Shown: positions 38,095 to 51,511, numbered from the stretch's first letter. The stretch is 64,000 nt of DNA from Eledone cirrhosa (GCA_964016885.1 OZ024741.1:157728001-157792000), one strand, 5' to 3'. Notes: generated from the letters alone by a model not told the origin. A program made the numbers and translations.

Positions 38095-38991
38095 ACACAT
38101 ACATAATAAAGTTAATAAATGAGAAATTGCGAATGAATGATATTTATGCAGATGTACGAGTAGAAGAAAGGTGGCATATTTAACATACAGCATATAGAAC
38201 AAATGGAGATGATAAATAAAAAATCTTAAATGTTTTAAGAACTTTTGTCATCGCAATTTGTTGTGTGTGTGTAAAAACTTGCCACCGAAGTTAACAAAGG
38301 GCTTATTAGATCTACATAGCAAAATTATACAATTAAATTGTTATAGAATAGCAACTACAAATGAAGTCATTCTTTTCCTTTTTTTCAAATACATATACAC
38401 ACACACACACATTTATGTGTGTATGTATGTTTATTTATATATCAGTTAAAACCATTATATATATATTGGTAAGCTTGATTATAATAAATTGTGAGAGGTG
38501 CTAGTTGGTCACTGTTATTCTCATCATGGTTGTGTTGGTTACACTACTGTTTCATTTGCTTACAATTAACTACTTATAGATTGCTCAGATGTTTTTACCA
38601 TAGTGAATATAGATCTCGGTATCTCGTGTGAGACTTCATTCATTGCACATTCATTGCTCCCATTACATTTCAATATGTTGACATTCTGCAAACCTATGGT
38701 CAATTGTAACTTAAGGGGTAGGGGTACTGTATCTCCAAAATGATTTTGTAATATTTTGTTCTATATGGTATCTTTCATTAAAACATATTTCAAGGTTGTT
38801 AAAAGCTAGGCATAACCTACTTTCATGAATAATCTTGCATAAGGTAATACACATTGTGCGTGTGTGCAAATTGCCAGCAGATATACCATTTATCTATTTT
38901 GCTCTTGAATAAAATGTCATTGTGTGCTTAGTGATAAGCATGGCTGAATAGTTAAGAAGTTTGCTTCCCAATCATGAGGTCCTAGATTTAA

Positions 38992-39176
38992 CCCTTTAGC
39001 ATCTATTGTATTTTTGTGGTAATAATTATCTCATAATATCGAATCTATGAGATTTTGATATTATTTATTTTGAGAACCAAACCTTAACATCAGTATGAGT
39101 GGCCAGTTACAGCCAGTTTGAACAGAAAGAGGTGAGAGAATTCTGGCCGGATATGGCTGGTTTGAATACTAAAGGG
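38992..39176. mobile_element. piggyBac-like MITE nested in a SINE head
   Basis: TTAA TSD, CCCTTTAG/CTAAAGGG ends; flanks rejoin as gcatggctg...gatttaatcccact. Confidence 0.75.
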
Positions 39177-40487
39177 TTAATCCCACTGTGGCATCTTTGG
39201 GAAAGTAGTTGACCCAAACTTTGCGAATGAAATTGGGTAGGCGGAAACTTTATGGAAGTCCATCAGATGGATTGTACATGTAATTTAAAAGTCCAGCAGC
39301 CTTGTCACATATTGTATCATGTTGATTTAGCTTGGGAATTACATTAAGGCTATACATGTTTGTGGAATACTCAGCCACTCACATAATTTACCAGTTGGAT
39401 GTTCAGTTGATTGAACAACAGAATGCTCATGTTTGAAATCAATGGAAAATCCACCATCAACACCACCACCACCATCATCATCATCATTCATCATCGTTAT
39501 TTATTGATCTATTGTTTTATTTATTTGCTCTGATGTGATTATAATGAACTAATTCATTTTCAGATTATTTGAAATTTGTTTTCTCTCTGATGTAATCTTA
39601 TATTTGTGATGATATTAAACATATACAGCCACTCTTCAATGACCAGGTCTCATGCCACTGACCTAATCATTAAATGATCTCAATTTTCAAACTTCTCCAT
39701 GAATAAATAAGGCCCAATTGGTTATAAAATGTTGGTCAATGAATTCTTCACTTAGTAGGTTCACCTAGTGATAGAATAACTTTAGATATTCTTTTAATAT
39801 CCCATGATGGCTGATAATCCATGGGAGTATGAAAAGTTATCAAATATCAGTTTGATATTAAATAAATTATCTGAATAAGAAATGTTTAATGGAAAGACTA
39901 TTTCAGTAAGTGTAAATGTGTTTTATTTTGCAAAACTCTTTCAAATGTTAAAAAAAATGTTTGGAAACATATCACTGAATAAATATCACTGAATAAAAAG
40001 TATCCAAAAATATTTAACAAAAACTACATGAAAAATTTTAAAAAGTATATGGCATATATATTGTGTACATGAAAAATTGCTGGTGGTATGTGTGATAAGA
40101 TGTTAAATGAGATGGTCATTAAGTATGGAGTGGCTGTATTTTCTATTTCAGGAATTTCTTATTTACTTCTTTGCTTAGTTGATATGATTTTTTTTAACTT
40201 AGATAAAATAACAACTAATTGACTAATTAGCTGTTTTCTTATCTAAACAATGCCAATGTGTTGTTAATCTTTCTCATACTAAAACAACAAAAAACAAGCA
40301 ACAGCAACACTTTTTAATATGAAATATGATATCTTTGTTATTTTCATCTATCACTTTAGCTGATCTGTTGTAAATCTGATTAACTGGTCACTTGGAGGTC
40401 AAGCTGGCTTCTTTTAATTAACCAATACTGTCTACATACTCTTGTTAGTGTTATTCTTGTTGATACTATTTTCTATCCAACTACTAG

Positions 40488-40581
40488 GTACAGCACCATC
40501 GACAGGCTTCACCGCTCCCATCATGTCAGTGGACACTGCAACTCCTCAAGTTCGATCTGGTTCATTTTCAATGAATCAAAG
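40488..40581 (+). CDS. ITSN1: Intersectin linker exon (TAPSTGFTAPIMSVDTATPQVRSGSFSMNQ)
   Basis: ctag acceptor, AG|gtaaat donor; phase 1-2, which is what joining 27136 to 46103 requires. Confidence 0.75.
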
Positions 40582-41454
40582 GTAAATGTTTTAGTTTTCT
40601 AAGAAAAATAAGAAAAAATTGCAAAAAAAGTCAAATCCACTTACATAGACATGTGTCGTGTATATATATATATATAGTGTGTGTATATATATAGTGTGTG
40701 TGTGTATATATACACACACACATGTATATGTACATATAATTTGTGTTTATATACATGCAGAAATATAAGTATATATGCATACATGTATATTTGCATATGT
40801 TTGGAATGGTCCCATAACTCCTGATGGAGTTGTAGGGGCATTGTAATGACAGAAAGGAAGTGAGAAAGAGATATAGAGGAAGTATCAACCCCAATACTAG
40901 ACTTTTTTATCGACCTTGAAAGGATGAAAAAGAAAGTTGACCTCAGTGGGATTTGAAAACAGACTGCAGAGAGCTGGAATGAATACCACAAAGAATTCTA
41001 TCCAGTGTTCTAACAACTCTGTTAATTCCCTGCCGTGTTTACATACATAAATATACATGCAAACAATCTATTTTTAGAACCATTGAGCAATAGGGAGTTC
41101 TGAATTTAAGTTAGAAATATCAACATTTTTCTGACTATGAAAAATAGTTTAATAAGTTGGGCGTGTAAACCCTGGAGATGGAAAAAAATTGTATACGCTT
41201 ATATATGTATTTATATGTATGTATTTACATATATACATATATATATATATCAAGTAGAGTAAATATTTAAGTAAAGATAACACTAAATAAAATAACAAAT
41301 ATTATTTAGCTGCAGTTTAGTCTTTCAAATCCTCAGAAATAGTATTTGGTTTTGATATCTATTTTATGCTTGTTAGAGTTTGCCTTTGCTAGTATATCAA
41401 TGATGTATATCGATAATAATTTTTGATTTCACTTTACAACTTTAACCTTTTTAA

Positions 41455-42175
41455 TAATAATAATAATGAAATTATTGTGTACAGTGCTCGGGTGCACTAC
41501 AACCCGTCAAAGGTGCATGTATAGTACATAGAATAATATACAAATGTCAGGGAAGTGAATAGTGTATGAGTCATCAGATACATGTGTGCATGTGTATGGA
41601 GGGGGAATACTAGGTGTAGTGTTGGCGAATCTCAGGAAGCATGGAGGTTTTAAAGGATGCAGTGTCTCGACAGCTAACAACTGAGGCAGGTAGTTTGTTC
41701 CATGCTTCAGCAACTCTGGGTGTGAAAAAATGTTTCCGAAAGTCATGAGAGCTGTGCTATTTTCTGACTTTGTTGGTATGCCCACGTGTGTTAGACACAT
41801 GGAAATCAAAAGGGTACTCAGGGTTGTTGTTGGCAAGATGGTTAATAATTTTGTGGGTATTTACCAAGTAAGTTGCCAGACGTCGGAGCTTCAATGCATC
41901 CATGCCCAAGGACGAAAGGCGTTCAGAGTATGGTAGATGCCTGATGGAGGGTATTTGTTTGGTTGCATGTCTCTGATCAGTTTCCAAATCAATATTCTAA
42001 GTAAGATAGGGGTTTCAGACTGGGAATGCAAAATCTAAGTGTTGGATGCACCATAGCTATATACAGTTTTAAATAGATAGCTGGAGAGCAGCTGACAAAG
42101 GTCTTGCTGAATGATGCTAAGACACCCTCGGCCTTCTTGACAATTTTAGAGACGTGCTTTTTGACGCCAACCACC
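41455..42175 (-). mobile_element. CR1-like LINE 3' fragment; short + strand tail copy at ~57987-58080
   Basis: LPYSERLSSLG...L.RRL, NTRGH, FF..RV...WN motifs; (ATT)n tail. Confidence 0.8.
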
Positions 42176-42861
42176 TGAAACCCCCCTGGTTCTACAATAT
42201 GAAACTATCTATTTTCAAATGTATATCTTTATCTAAAAACCTTTGTAAGAACCTTCAAATTATACTCCAAACACCAGTTTAATAATGAGAAAGTTATTAG
42301 ATAATCACTCAAAATTCTGGATTATTTTCAAAATTTGCTGAAAATATTTGGCAGTGTTTTCATTAGAAAAATGGTAACAAAAATATTTAAATGTTCATAT
42401 TTATCTAAAAACCTTCTAAATAATGAGAATGATATATTACTAAATCCTTCTTAATTCTTGATTATTTTCAAAAGTATTTCAAAATAATAGGCAGTGTTTT
42501 TCATTAAAACTATTGTAACGAAAGTGTTAGTGATTATCATCATTCTCACCATTTAACATCTATTGTCTATGTTTGCTTACTTTTATGTATAAATCTGTAA
42601 GTTATGTTCTACACAACCAGCTTACCGAAGAGAAAGTTGGTTGTATTACTAAATGTCAACACTCCCTCTTACAATTCAATAACTGAAGCTATGTATGTGT
42701 TCTATCACACAAATCAATACTTACCGTAGAAATAGAAGCTAACATGTTTGGTTTTCTGTTTGTTTTCAATGAATAGCTTGAAACCTACTTTTACAAGTAT
42801 TTTGGTTTTGTTCATTGGGAAATGCACAGCTATGTTGTGTATATCAATGTGTGTGTGTGTG

Positions 42862-42900
<39 letters not shown>

Positions 42901-43200
42901 AAAAAAGGGTGTGTGTGTTAATGAAACACACCTCATTTACTTTTGTTTATATTTCATTGTAATAGAATCACACTTTCAAATGTGTGTGTGTATTTGAAAG
43001 AGAAGGGTTATTGATTTCTTTAGTTAGGGGAGAATCTATTTAAAAGTGAGGCTCTTACCCCCCCTCCCCTGTATGTTTCGCTTCTTTATATTCTTCTAGT
43101 TTTTTATTCTTTTACTGGTTTCTGTACCACATTCTTTTATTCTTTTGCTGGTTCCATTCATTATGCTGGGGTTGTGCGTGTGTGTGTGTGTATACATATA

Positions 43201-43299
43201 CAGGGTGTCCCCCAAAATGTATACACACTTCGACAGCATTCTAATAAATCGTGCCTGTACAGGTAATCAAAGTGTGTATACATTTTTGGGGGACACCCA
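43201..43299. mobile_element. Tc1/mariner-type MITE
   Basis: ~30-bp TIRs cagggtgtcccccaaaatgtatacacactt; TA flanks. Confidence 0.8.
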
Positions 43300-43309
43300 G
43301 TATGTATAT

Positions 43310-44985
43310 ATGCTCTTTTCATTGTACAACAACTACAGGCGAAGTACCTAGCTAAAAGTAAACCCCTATACTTAGCTTTTGTCGACTTGGAGAAAGCCTT
43401 CGACAGAGTCCCCCGTTCCATTATCTGGTGGGCTCTTAGAAAACTAGGTGTTGATGAATGGCTTGTGAGAGCTATACAAGCCATGTATAAAGAAACAGTC
43501 AGCAAGGTTAGAATTAACAACGAATATAGTGAAGAGTTTAGCGTAAAAGTTGGTGTTCATCAGGGTTCCGTTCTTAGCCCCCTACTATATATTATTGCCC
43601 TTCAGGCTATAACAGTGGAGTTCAAGACCAGCTGCCCATGGGAACTCCTATACGCAGATGATCTAACGCTCATAGCTGAATCAATGGCCGAACTAGAGAA
43701 GAAATTCCAAACATGGAAGCATGGCCTAGAATCAAAAGGCCTTAAAATTAACCTGTCTAAGACTAAAGTTCTAGTTTGTAGGAAGGAAAATAGGGCACCG
43801 GTCCCATCCGGGAAATGGCCATGCTCAGTGTGTAGGAAAGGAGTAGGTAGAAACTCCATTTTATGTCCCAAATGCAAAGTATGGGTGCATAAAAGATGTA
43901 GTGGGATCACAGGTAAGCTAACTAAGAACATAGATTTTATATGTGGCTGGTGCTCTGGTGCAATAAGTAGCAGCAAGTGCCCACAGAATACTAGTTCATT
44001 CCATTGCACAGATGGTTCTATAGAAATAGTGGACAGCTTCCGTTACCTGGGTGACAAAATCAGCAGTGGGGGAGGGTGCTCTGAAAGTACAGTAGCTAGA
44101 GTCAGAACTGGATGGAAAAAGTTCAGAGAGCTTATACCACTATTAGCCGCTAAAGGGTTCTCCCTAAAAATGAAAGGCAGGCTGTATGATGCCTGCATAC
44201 GAACAGCAATGTTACATGGCAGTGAGACCTGGGCATTGTGTGCAGAGGATATATGCAGACTAGAGTGGAACGAAGCTTGCATGCTCCGCTGGATGTGTAA
44301 TAGTAATATACGTGAACGGCAAAGCATAAACGAACTAAGGGAAAAATTAGAAATAAGAGGGATCAGATGCTGTTTATTTGAGAGAAGACTACATTGGTAT
44401 GGTCACGTGTTGCGCATGAAAGACGACAGCTGTATAAAAAAGTGCAGGGCAATAAAAATAGACGGTAGCCACGGAGTAGGCAGACCCAGAAAAACCTGGG
44501 ACGACTTGATAAATTCCGACCTCACACACTTACACCTCTCCAAGACAATGTCACTGGACCGAGATCTTTGGCGCTACACAGTAATAGAGAAGACCCGCCT
44601 TACCTAAGTACAAAATGAAACCTACTACAGTCAGTAGGCACCTCTAACAAAACACACCCCCGTCCCACTACCCCCACCCCATCCACCACCCCTTTCAATG
44701 TAAAGTTATGTTGGTATTACAACATCCAGTCCGAAACAAATGAGGTCGTGTAGGTGTCACGACAAAAAAACACACAGTCCACGCTGTAATGTGGCCGTGT
44801 AGGTAACACGGTAAAAACCTCCCAGTTCCACACTGTAAATGTGGTTGGTGTTAGGAAGGGCATCCAGCCGTAGAAAACCCGCCAGACAGTCCTATGCGAG
44901 CAAGACAACCACTCTTGCCTCAAGTGGGGAAAACTCCCGTCCAAACCCATGCAAGCGTGGAATATGGACATTAAATGATGATGAT
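43310..44985 (+). mobile_element. Young 5'-truncated RTE with uninterrupted 406-aa RT/PHD/C-terminal frame (43387-44607)
   Basis: ORF track; high similarity to 4761-7880; (GAT)n tail into (TA)n. Confidence 0.93.
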
Positions 44986-45239
44986 ATATATATCATAACG
45001 CCTGCTTATATACTTCAATGAAAAAAGGAGGCTAGATTCCAAATATTCCTTTAATGTTGCATGACTACACAATATGTATTTCAATGGCCAACTTATGTTA
45101 TCAGATCATGACACCAGACATCCGGTGACATCATGAGGTGTAATTAACATAATACATTTAAAAGATTTAGTAATCAACTGCTGGATTGCAGCAAAATATA
45201 GCCAAAGAATTGATACAGAGACAGTCTGTCGATCGATGT

Positions 45240-45597
45240 GATCACTGCGACAGACTGCCTCCATGTGACACAGCAAAAAATGCCCAGCCCACTCTATAAA
45301 GTGGTTCTGTAGTTGTCACGTCAAAAAGCATCCAGCCCACACTGGAAAGTGGTCATGTAACTGTCACAACAAAAAGCATCCAGTCCACACTGTAAAGTGG
45401 TCGTGTATGTGTCACAACAAAAAGTACCCAGTACTCACTGTAAATGAGGTTGGCACTAGGAAGGGCATCCAGCTGTAGAAGCTAAGCCAAGATCAGTTCT
45501 GTATGAGCAAGACATAGTCACCTGGACTAGTATTGGATAACTCACCTAACACATTCCAACGTGGAAAAATGGACATTAAATAGTGATGATGATGATA
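45240..45597 (+). mobile_element. RTE 3'-UTR-only copy with multiplied ~41-44-bp units; similar copies near 18300, 50995, 54220, 58500
   Basis: Repeated aaaaagcaYccagtccacactgtaaagtggtc, then ggaagggcatccagc and (GAT)n. Confidence 0.7.
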
Positions 45598-46102
45598 TAT
45601 ATATATCATCATCATCATTCTACGTCCGCTCTTCCCTGCTTGCAAGGTTGGTGGGACAGGTCCCATTCAGCACAGCATCTCTCCACTGGTCACGGTCCCT
45701 CGTCATCCATGAGCTTCAGCGATCTGAGGTCCGCTCCCACCACCTCTGCCCATGTTTTTTGTGGTCTGGTCTTCCTCTACTGCGTCTTCCTTTTGCTGGC
45801 ATTTCTTGGCACTTCTTTACCCAGCGGTCATCCTCCATATATATATATATATATATGCATGTGAATGTGTATGTATGTTTGTATCCATGTCTCCATATCT
45901 GTGTTTGTTGATGTCCTGTAACTTAGTGGCCCTACAAAAAGCGATTTATAAAATAAATGCTGGAATTATGATCAACTAAATCCCTTCAAAGTGGTACCCC
46001 AGCATGCATGGCTGCAGTCTGATAGCTTAAACCAGTACAGTAATTATAAAAAAGCAAATGTTATTTCATGTTGAATATAATTTTTCTTTCTCTCTCTTGA
46101 AG

Positions 46103-46200
46103 CCCTGCTCCTTCACCTTGGGTGATAACTCCTCAAAAAAAGCAACAACTTGTACAGATGTTTGCTACACAGGATAGGAACCAGCAGGGCTACATCATGG
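46103..46200 (+). CDS. ITSN1: Intersectin exon, EH2 start (PAPSPWVITPQKKQQLVQMFATQDRNQQGYIMG)
   Basis: Polypyrimidine tract + gaag acceptor, G|gtgagt donor; EH helix 1 W.I....F...D....G.I.G. Confidence 0.9.
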
Positions 46201-46956
46201 GTGAGTTAAACTTTTAACGAACTATATCACATCAAATTGCATGAGCAGGGCATCCTTGAAAAGTACAAAACAGCACTATGACTGCATCACATCAAAAATT
46301 ATTCTTTATTCCAAATTGTAAAGTTTTACAACAATTTGTCCATTATTAAAGATGCTACAAACATTTCAATTAACAAGACATTCTTGAAAAATACAAAATA
46401 GCACTATAAATGCTTCATGTTAAAAACTATAATATTGAAATTTTCATAATTAATTATCTGTACTACACTAAAGATGTTATAAACATGAATTAACGAACCG
46501 GTTTTTAGATGTTTATTAATAATTTCTCAACATTTTTTTTTGCCTTTTTACACTAAGAGGTGAATTGACAGTTGTTAAGGCATGAAATAAAATGCTTTGT
46601 GGTATTTGTTCTGGCCCTTGGTATTCTGAATTCAGATCCCACCAAGGCCAACTTTGTTTTTCAGCCTTTTGAGGTTGATAAATAGAAGTACCTGTCCTGC
46701 ATTGGAGATGATTTCTTCTATAGTGGAAAAAATCAATCCCATTAATGAACTGATACTTTATTTATTGACCTCAAAAGGATGAAAGGCAAAGTTGACCATA
46801 GTAGGATTTGAACTCAGAGAGCAGGAATGAATGCCACAAAGCATTTTGTCTAAAGTTCTAACAGCTGTGATTAAGCAGCCTTATATATACACATTTTACC
46901 TGTTTAAAATCTATCAGGTGGAAATCTTTTTCATCTTGTGATATCATGTATTCTAG

Positions 46957-47020
46957 GTGTTGATGCTCGCCCATTGTTACTCAATTCTGGTTTACCACAA
47001 CCAATTCTTGCTCAAATTTG
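46957..47020 (+). CDS. ITSN1: Intersectin exon, EH2 (VDARPLLLNSGLPQPILAQIW)
   Basis: ttctag acceptor, gtaagt donor; EH motif. Confidence 0.95.
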
Positions 47021-48018
47021 GTAAGTATATTCACTTCTTTTATGTGCCTCATTGTTGGTTAAACCCTTTTCGTACCTACCCGTCTGAAACTGACCCTGCT
47101 TCCGTAATACAAAACTGCTTTGTTTTAAAGTGTTCATTTAGATTAGTGGTTACCAACTGTTTCACTACAAAGAACCCTGCTCACTTATTCCTGAGAGAGC
47201 CATGGGAGCAGTCCTCAAACACTCCTTCCAGCTGGTCCTGTCAGAAGCAACCATCTCCAACTGATCTGGCTGGATCCCCAAGCAAGACCAGCCAAGCTCA
47301 TGGATGTTATCCAACCAGCTTGCTGGGGGTCTGTCCAGCGATTCTTTCCTGAAACATTCTAACCACATGCCCAAAGTTTTTGAGCTGTGATCTCTCAATT
47401 CAGAGAAGTAGCCACTCTACCTGGAGCGAATCACTGATCTCTTTTTTTTTGTTTTTCAATTAATGTTGTAATATATTTATTTGCAAAATAAAGGGTCTTG
47501 AGGAGCATTCAGTTTTGTCAGACATAACAATCTCCTTAGTGTTGGTGATCTAGACAATAAATTCACCCAGTATATGCTGGGTAAAAGGAAGAGCTAGCGA
47601 TGATATTGTGAGGATAAATAGAATGAAATGGTTGGGTTATGGGTTGAACAATGAAAGTGAGTGGATGAGAGGAGTGATGGAAATGAATGTGGAGGGAAGT
47701 AGAGGAAGGAGATCAAGAAAGACATAGCTATAGATGATAGAGGAGGAAATAAAAGCCAGGGGCTTACTGATTGGGATATGTAGAAGATGGGGCAAAGTAG
47801 AAAAGCTTATCATTATTGGGGGGGGGGGGGGTACATGGCTTTAGCAGAGAATATGGCATTTATACTGTTGTTGCTCTATCTTAACCATGACCTCATTGAG
47901 TGGGATTGTTATTACTAGCATGTAATGGCTGCCTTTTACATATGTGTTTATTTGTGTGTATGTATGGTGATTTGCCAGAGTTGTTTCCAATACTACTTAT
48001 ATATGTTTAACATTTCAG

Positions 48019-48215
48019 GAACCTGTCAGATGTTGATAGTGATGGAAAGCTTTCTTGTGAGGAATTTTGCATTGCCATGCATTTGATTGATGTTGCTCGT
48101 ACTGGTCAGCCTTTACCTGCCAAACTACCACCTAGTCTACATCCTTCCACTTCAAATAGAGGAAGTCGGTCAAGCAGCCTCTCTGGACCAAGTGGGTCCC
48201 AACCAGGGACACCAG
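48019..48215 (+). CDS. ITSN1: Intersectin exon, EH2 EF-hand ([40 protein letters not shown]...)
   Basis: tttcag acceptor, G|gtaaat donor; overlaps ORF 48077-48283. Confidence 0.95.
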
Positions 48216-48633
48216 GTAAATCTATCTTCTCTACTCTCACATTTCCAATTTGTATTATACTGACTTTCCCAAACCAATCATAACCACATATATATATTAT
48301 AGTCCACACTGTAAACGTGGTTGGTGTTAGGAAGGGCATCCAGCCGTAGAAAACCCGTCAGACAGTCCTATACGAGCAGGACAACCAATCTTTCCTCAAG
48401 TGGGAAAACTCCCGTCGAAACCCATGCAAGCGTGGAAGATGGACGTTAAACGATGATGATGATGATGGTGTGTGTGTGTCCTGGGATTAATCGGGGGTAA
48501 CCACAGTAAGTGGGTACTCAATACATGGTCCTGTAGAAACCATTTCTATATTAAATATCATATATATCATCATCATATATATATATATATAAGCAGGGAA
48601 GAGCAGACGTAAAATGATTATATATATATATAT

Positions 48634-49499
48634 AATATAATTTAGAGTTTTCACTCGGGAGTCAAATACAATTATTTAGCTCTAAGAAATATTTCTGAGC
48701 AGTACAATACAAGTTAATATAAAAAAATATGATCAACACTGTGTTTTTATTGCAAATTGACAATAATTTAGCCAGATAGAAATACCTTAATTCAAATACA
48801 TATAGTCTGCCTGTATCGATCTAAAAAATAATAAATCTATACTCACAGACGTATATCGGCAACTGCCCTGGTGCCTATACAAGTTTAAATTTCAAAATTC
48901 AAACCTTTTCAGTAGATCAGTCCGAAATTCAAAAAGTAAACTTGTTTCACAAAGGATGGTATACTATTGAAATAATTAATTAATTGTGGAATAACTATTT
49001 ATGAAATAATTATTAGTGAAATAATCAATTTTATGTGATTCTCAATAGGCACTCAGAAAAATTAGAGTTACTTCACCTAAGAGAAATATCTAAGGACTGG
49101 TTTGTCGTATGCCAAATACATGTGCTTTTGCACATGATTTTTCCCAGCATTCTGGCTCATACTCATGGCGCTAGAAATAACAGCCTTTTATATGGGATTA
49201 CGAATTCAGCTCGACCGAGGGAGCAGATATAATATAATTTAGAGTTTTCACTCAGGAGTCAAATACAATTATTTAGCTCTAAGAAATATTTCTGAGCAGT
49301 ACAATACAAGTTAATATAAAAAAATATGATCAACACTAATGTGTTTTTATTGCAAATTGACAATAATTTAGCCAGATAGAAATACCTTAATTCAAATACA
49401 TATCGTCTGCCTGTATCGATCTAAAAAATAATAAATCTATACTCACAGACGTATATCGGCAATTGCCCTGGTGCCTATACAAGTTTAAATTTCAAAATT

Positions 49500-49503
<4 letters not shown>
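48634..49503. repeat. Element with ~270-bp direct terminal repeats between (TA)n tracts
   Basis: 48634-48903 is near-identical to 49229-49503. Confidence 0.85.
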
Positions 49504-49566
<63 letters not shown>

Positions 49567-50262
49567 TTAAATCGATTCACAACCAAAGAAGGTACTTCAA
49601 ATCATTTTATTAATGTCTACGAGTATTTCAACTTTAGTGTTACCAGGTAATACTAAAATATTATCAGGATATTATTATGGGGCTTGGAGGATGTAAGACC
49701 TAAAGAAAAAAAGCAAGAATTCATAGTTAAGCTAAAGAAATTGAAGTTTTTTTTCAAGAGTTTTTTAAGTATCTCATCAAAACTGCATTGTAGCAGCTTA
49801 CGATAAGTTATCATACTTTCAAAATTCAAATACACTCAACACTTCATAAAATTGTTTATTTGGTTGAAAAATAGGGCTGGAAAATGATAGGTAAGTAGTC
49901 AGTTTCACTTTATTGTAATGGTAATTCAGCCATCCAGCATACAGCAAGTGTAAGTTAGATTCCCACAGATGTAGGGATTTATTTGCCAAATTCTTTTCAA
50001 GCATTTAATAGTTTAACTTACATTGTTACAACTTACAATAAACTAACATTCTTTCAAAATTCAACACTTAGTAAAATTATTACTTGTTTATATATATGTG
50101 TGTGTGTGTTTACATTTATATTCACACAGCTTCAGCTAAATCATGTACTATTTCTCTATAGATATATATTTTTACAATATTTAAGCTGCTTAGTGCACAA
50201 TTTAATACAGTATTTACTTATTTATATATATATTTTGTGCGTGTATTTTTGTTTGTGTATAG

Positions 50263-50361
50263 GTCCTCAAAAAGATGTGTTCAGTGACCTGTTAGGACAT
50301 ATGGGAATGTCTCAGTCTCCAACACCAACCAACGGAGAATCAAAAGGCGATGAGTTACCTG
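50263..50361 (+). CDS. ITSN1: Intersectin exon (PQKDVFSDLLGHMGMSQSPTPTNGESKGDELP)
   Basis: tatag acceptor, G|gtttgt donor; 99 nt; yields LPVTFED across the junction as in ITSN1. Confidence 0.8.
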
Positions 50362-51360
50362 GTTTGTATTTTTTTATTTCATCTTTAGTTCTTTGTTATT
50401 GTGGCCATGTTAAAGGGACACTACATTCAAGCATTTATTCAATTATATTGTCACCCTATTACCTTTGGTTTTTGTGGGTGACAAACGGGCAGAGTTGTTA
50501 GTGCAGTGCATTAGATGCCTCATTATCTCTTCTAGCTCTCCTCACTTCCAAATCATGCCAAAGTCAACTTCACCTTTCATATTTTCAGTGTGTGTATGCA
50601 TTGGGATGGGGGACGTTGATAAAATAAAATACAAGTCTAGAGGCAGTAGATTGGCAGAATCATTTAAAAAAATTGGATGGGATGCTCTGCGGTATCTGTG
50701 TTAGCTCTGAGCATTCTGAGTTCAAATCTCACTACCCCTTTCCTAATAGGCTGGCCTCTCATGGAAAGTAACTGGCCAAAAGACCAGACAGATGGTATAC
50801 CTCTTCCCCAGCAAGCTGGCCTCATGTAGGAAGTAATTGGATCTTAAACAGACAGTTATGAACATTCAAATACATCACATTTCATACTCTGCTGTTAAGT
50901 AGAAATAATGATTTAGTTATTTTTATTTGTTACTGTTACCATGTTAGGGACCCTGCCTTCAGAGGTCTAGTCAGTTATATTGAAACCCCTGTACTAGCCC
51001 ACACTGTAAAGTGGTCATGATGGCAACACAACAAAGTGCCCAGTCTACACTGTAAAATGGTCATGTAGGCATCACAACAAAAAATGCCCAGTATTCACTG
51101 TAAATGAGGTTGGTGCTAGGAAGGGCATCCAGCTGTAGAAACCAAGCCAAAATTGGTTCTGTATGAGCAAGACATGGTCACTTGACCTAGCATTGCCCAC
51201 AACAGGATAACTCGTCCAACCCATGCTAACATGGAAAATTGGATGTTAAATGGTGGTGGTGATGATGATGATGATACTGATACCATATTCCTGTGGTGAG
51301 GATGATAGTGGTTCTTTTCCACCTCCTTCCTAATGTTGTTGTTTTCTTTACTGTTTATAG

Positions 51361-51511
51361 TGACATTTGAAGACCGAAGGAAAGAGAACTTTGAGAAAGG
51401 CCAAGCTGAGCTGGAGAGACGCCGTGCAATATTACAGGAACAGCTGAAACGGGAGGAGGAACTACGGTTGGAGAAGGAAAGAAAGGAGCATGAGAAAAGG
51501 GAACAGCAAAG
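51361..51511 (+). CDS. ITSN1: Intersectin coiled-coil exon (VTFEDRRKENFEKGQAELERRR...)
   Basis: Hallmark TFEDKKRENFERG-like motif; gtaaga donor. Confidence 0.97.

Noticed and set aside
27137-40487. Additional intersectin exons or a nested gene in the long intron
   Set aside because: No convincing exon found by eye and the flanking phases already match; small symmetric exons cannot be excluded
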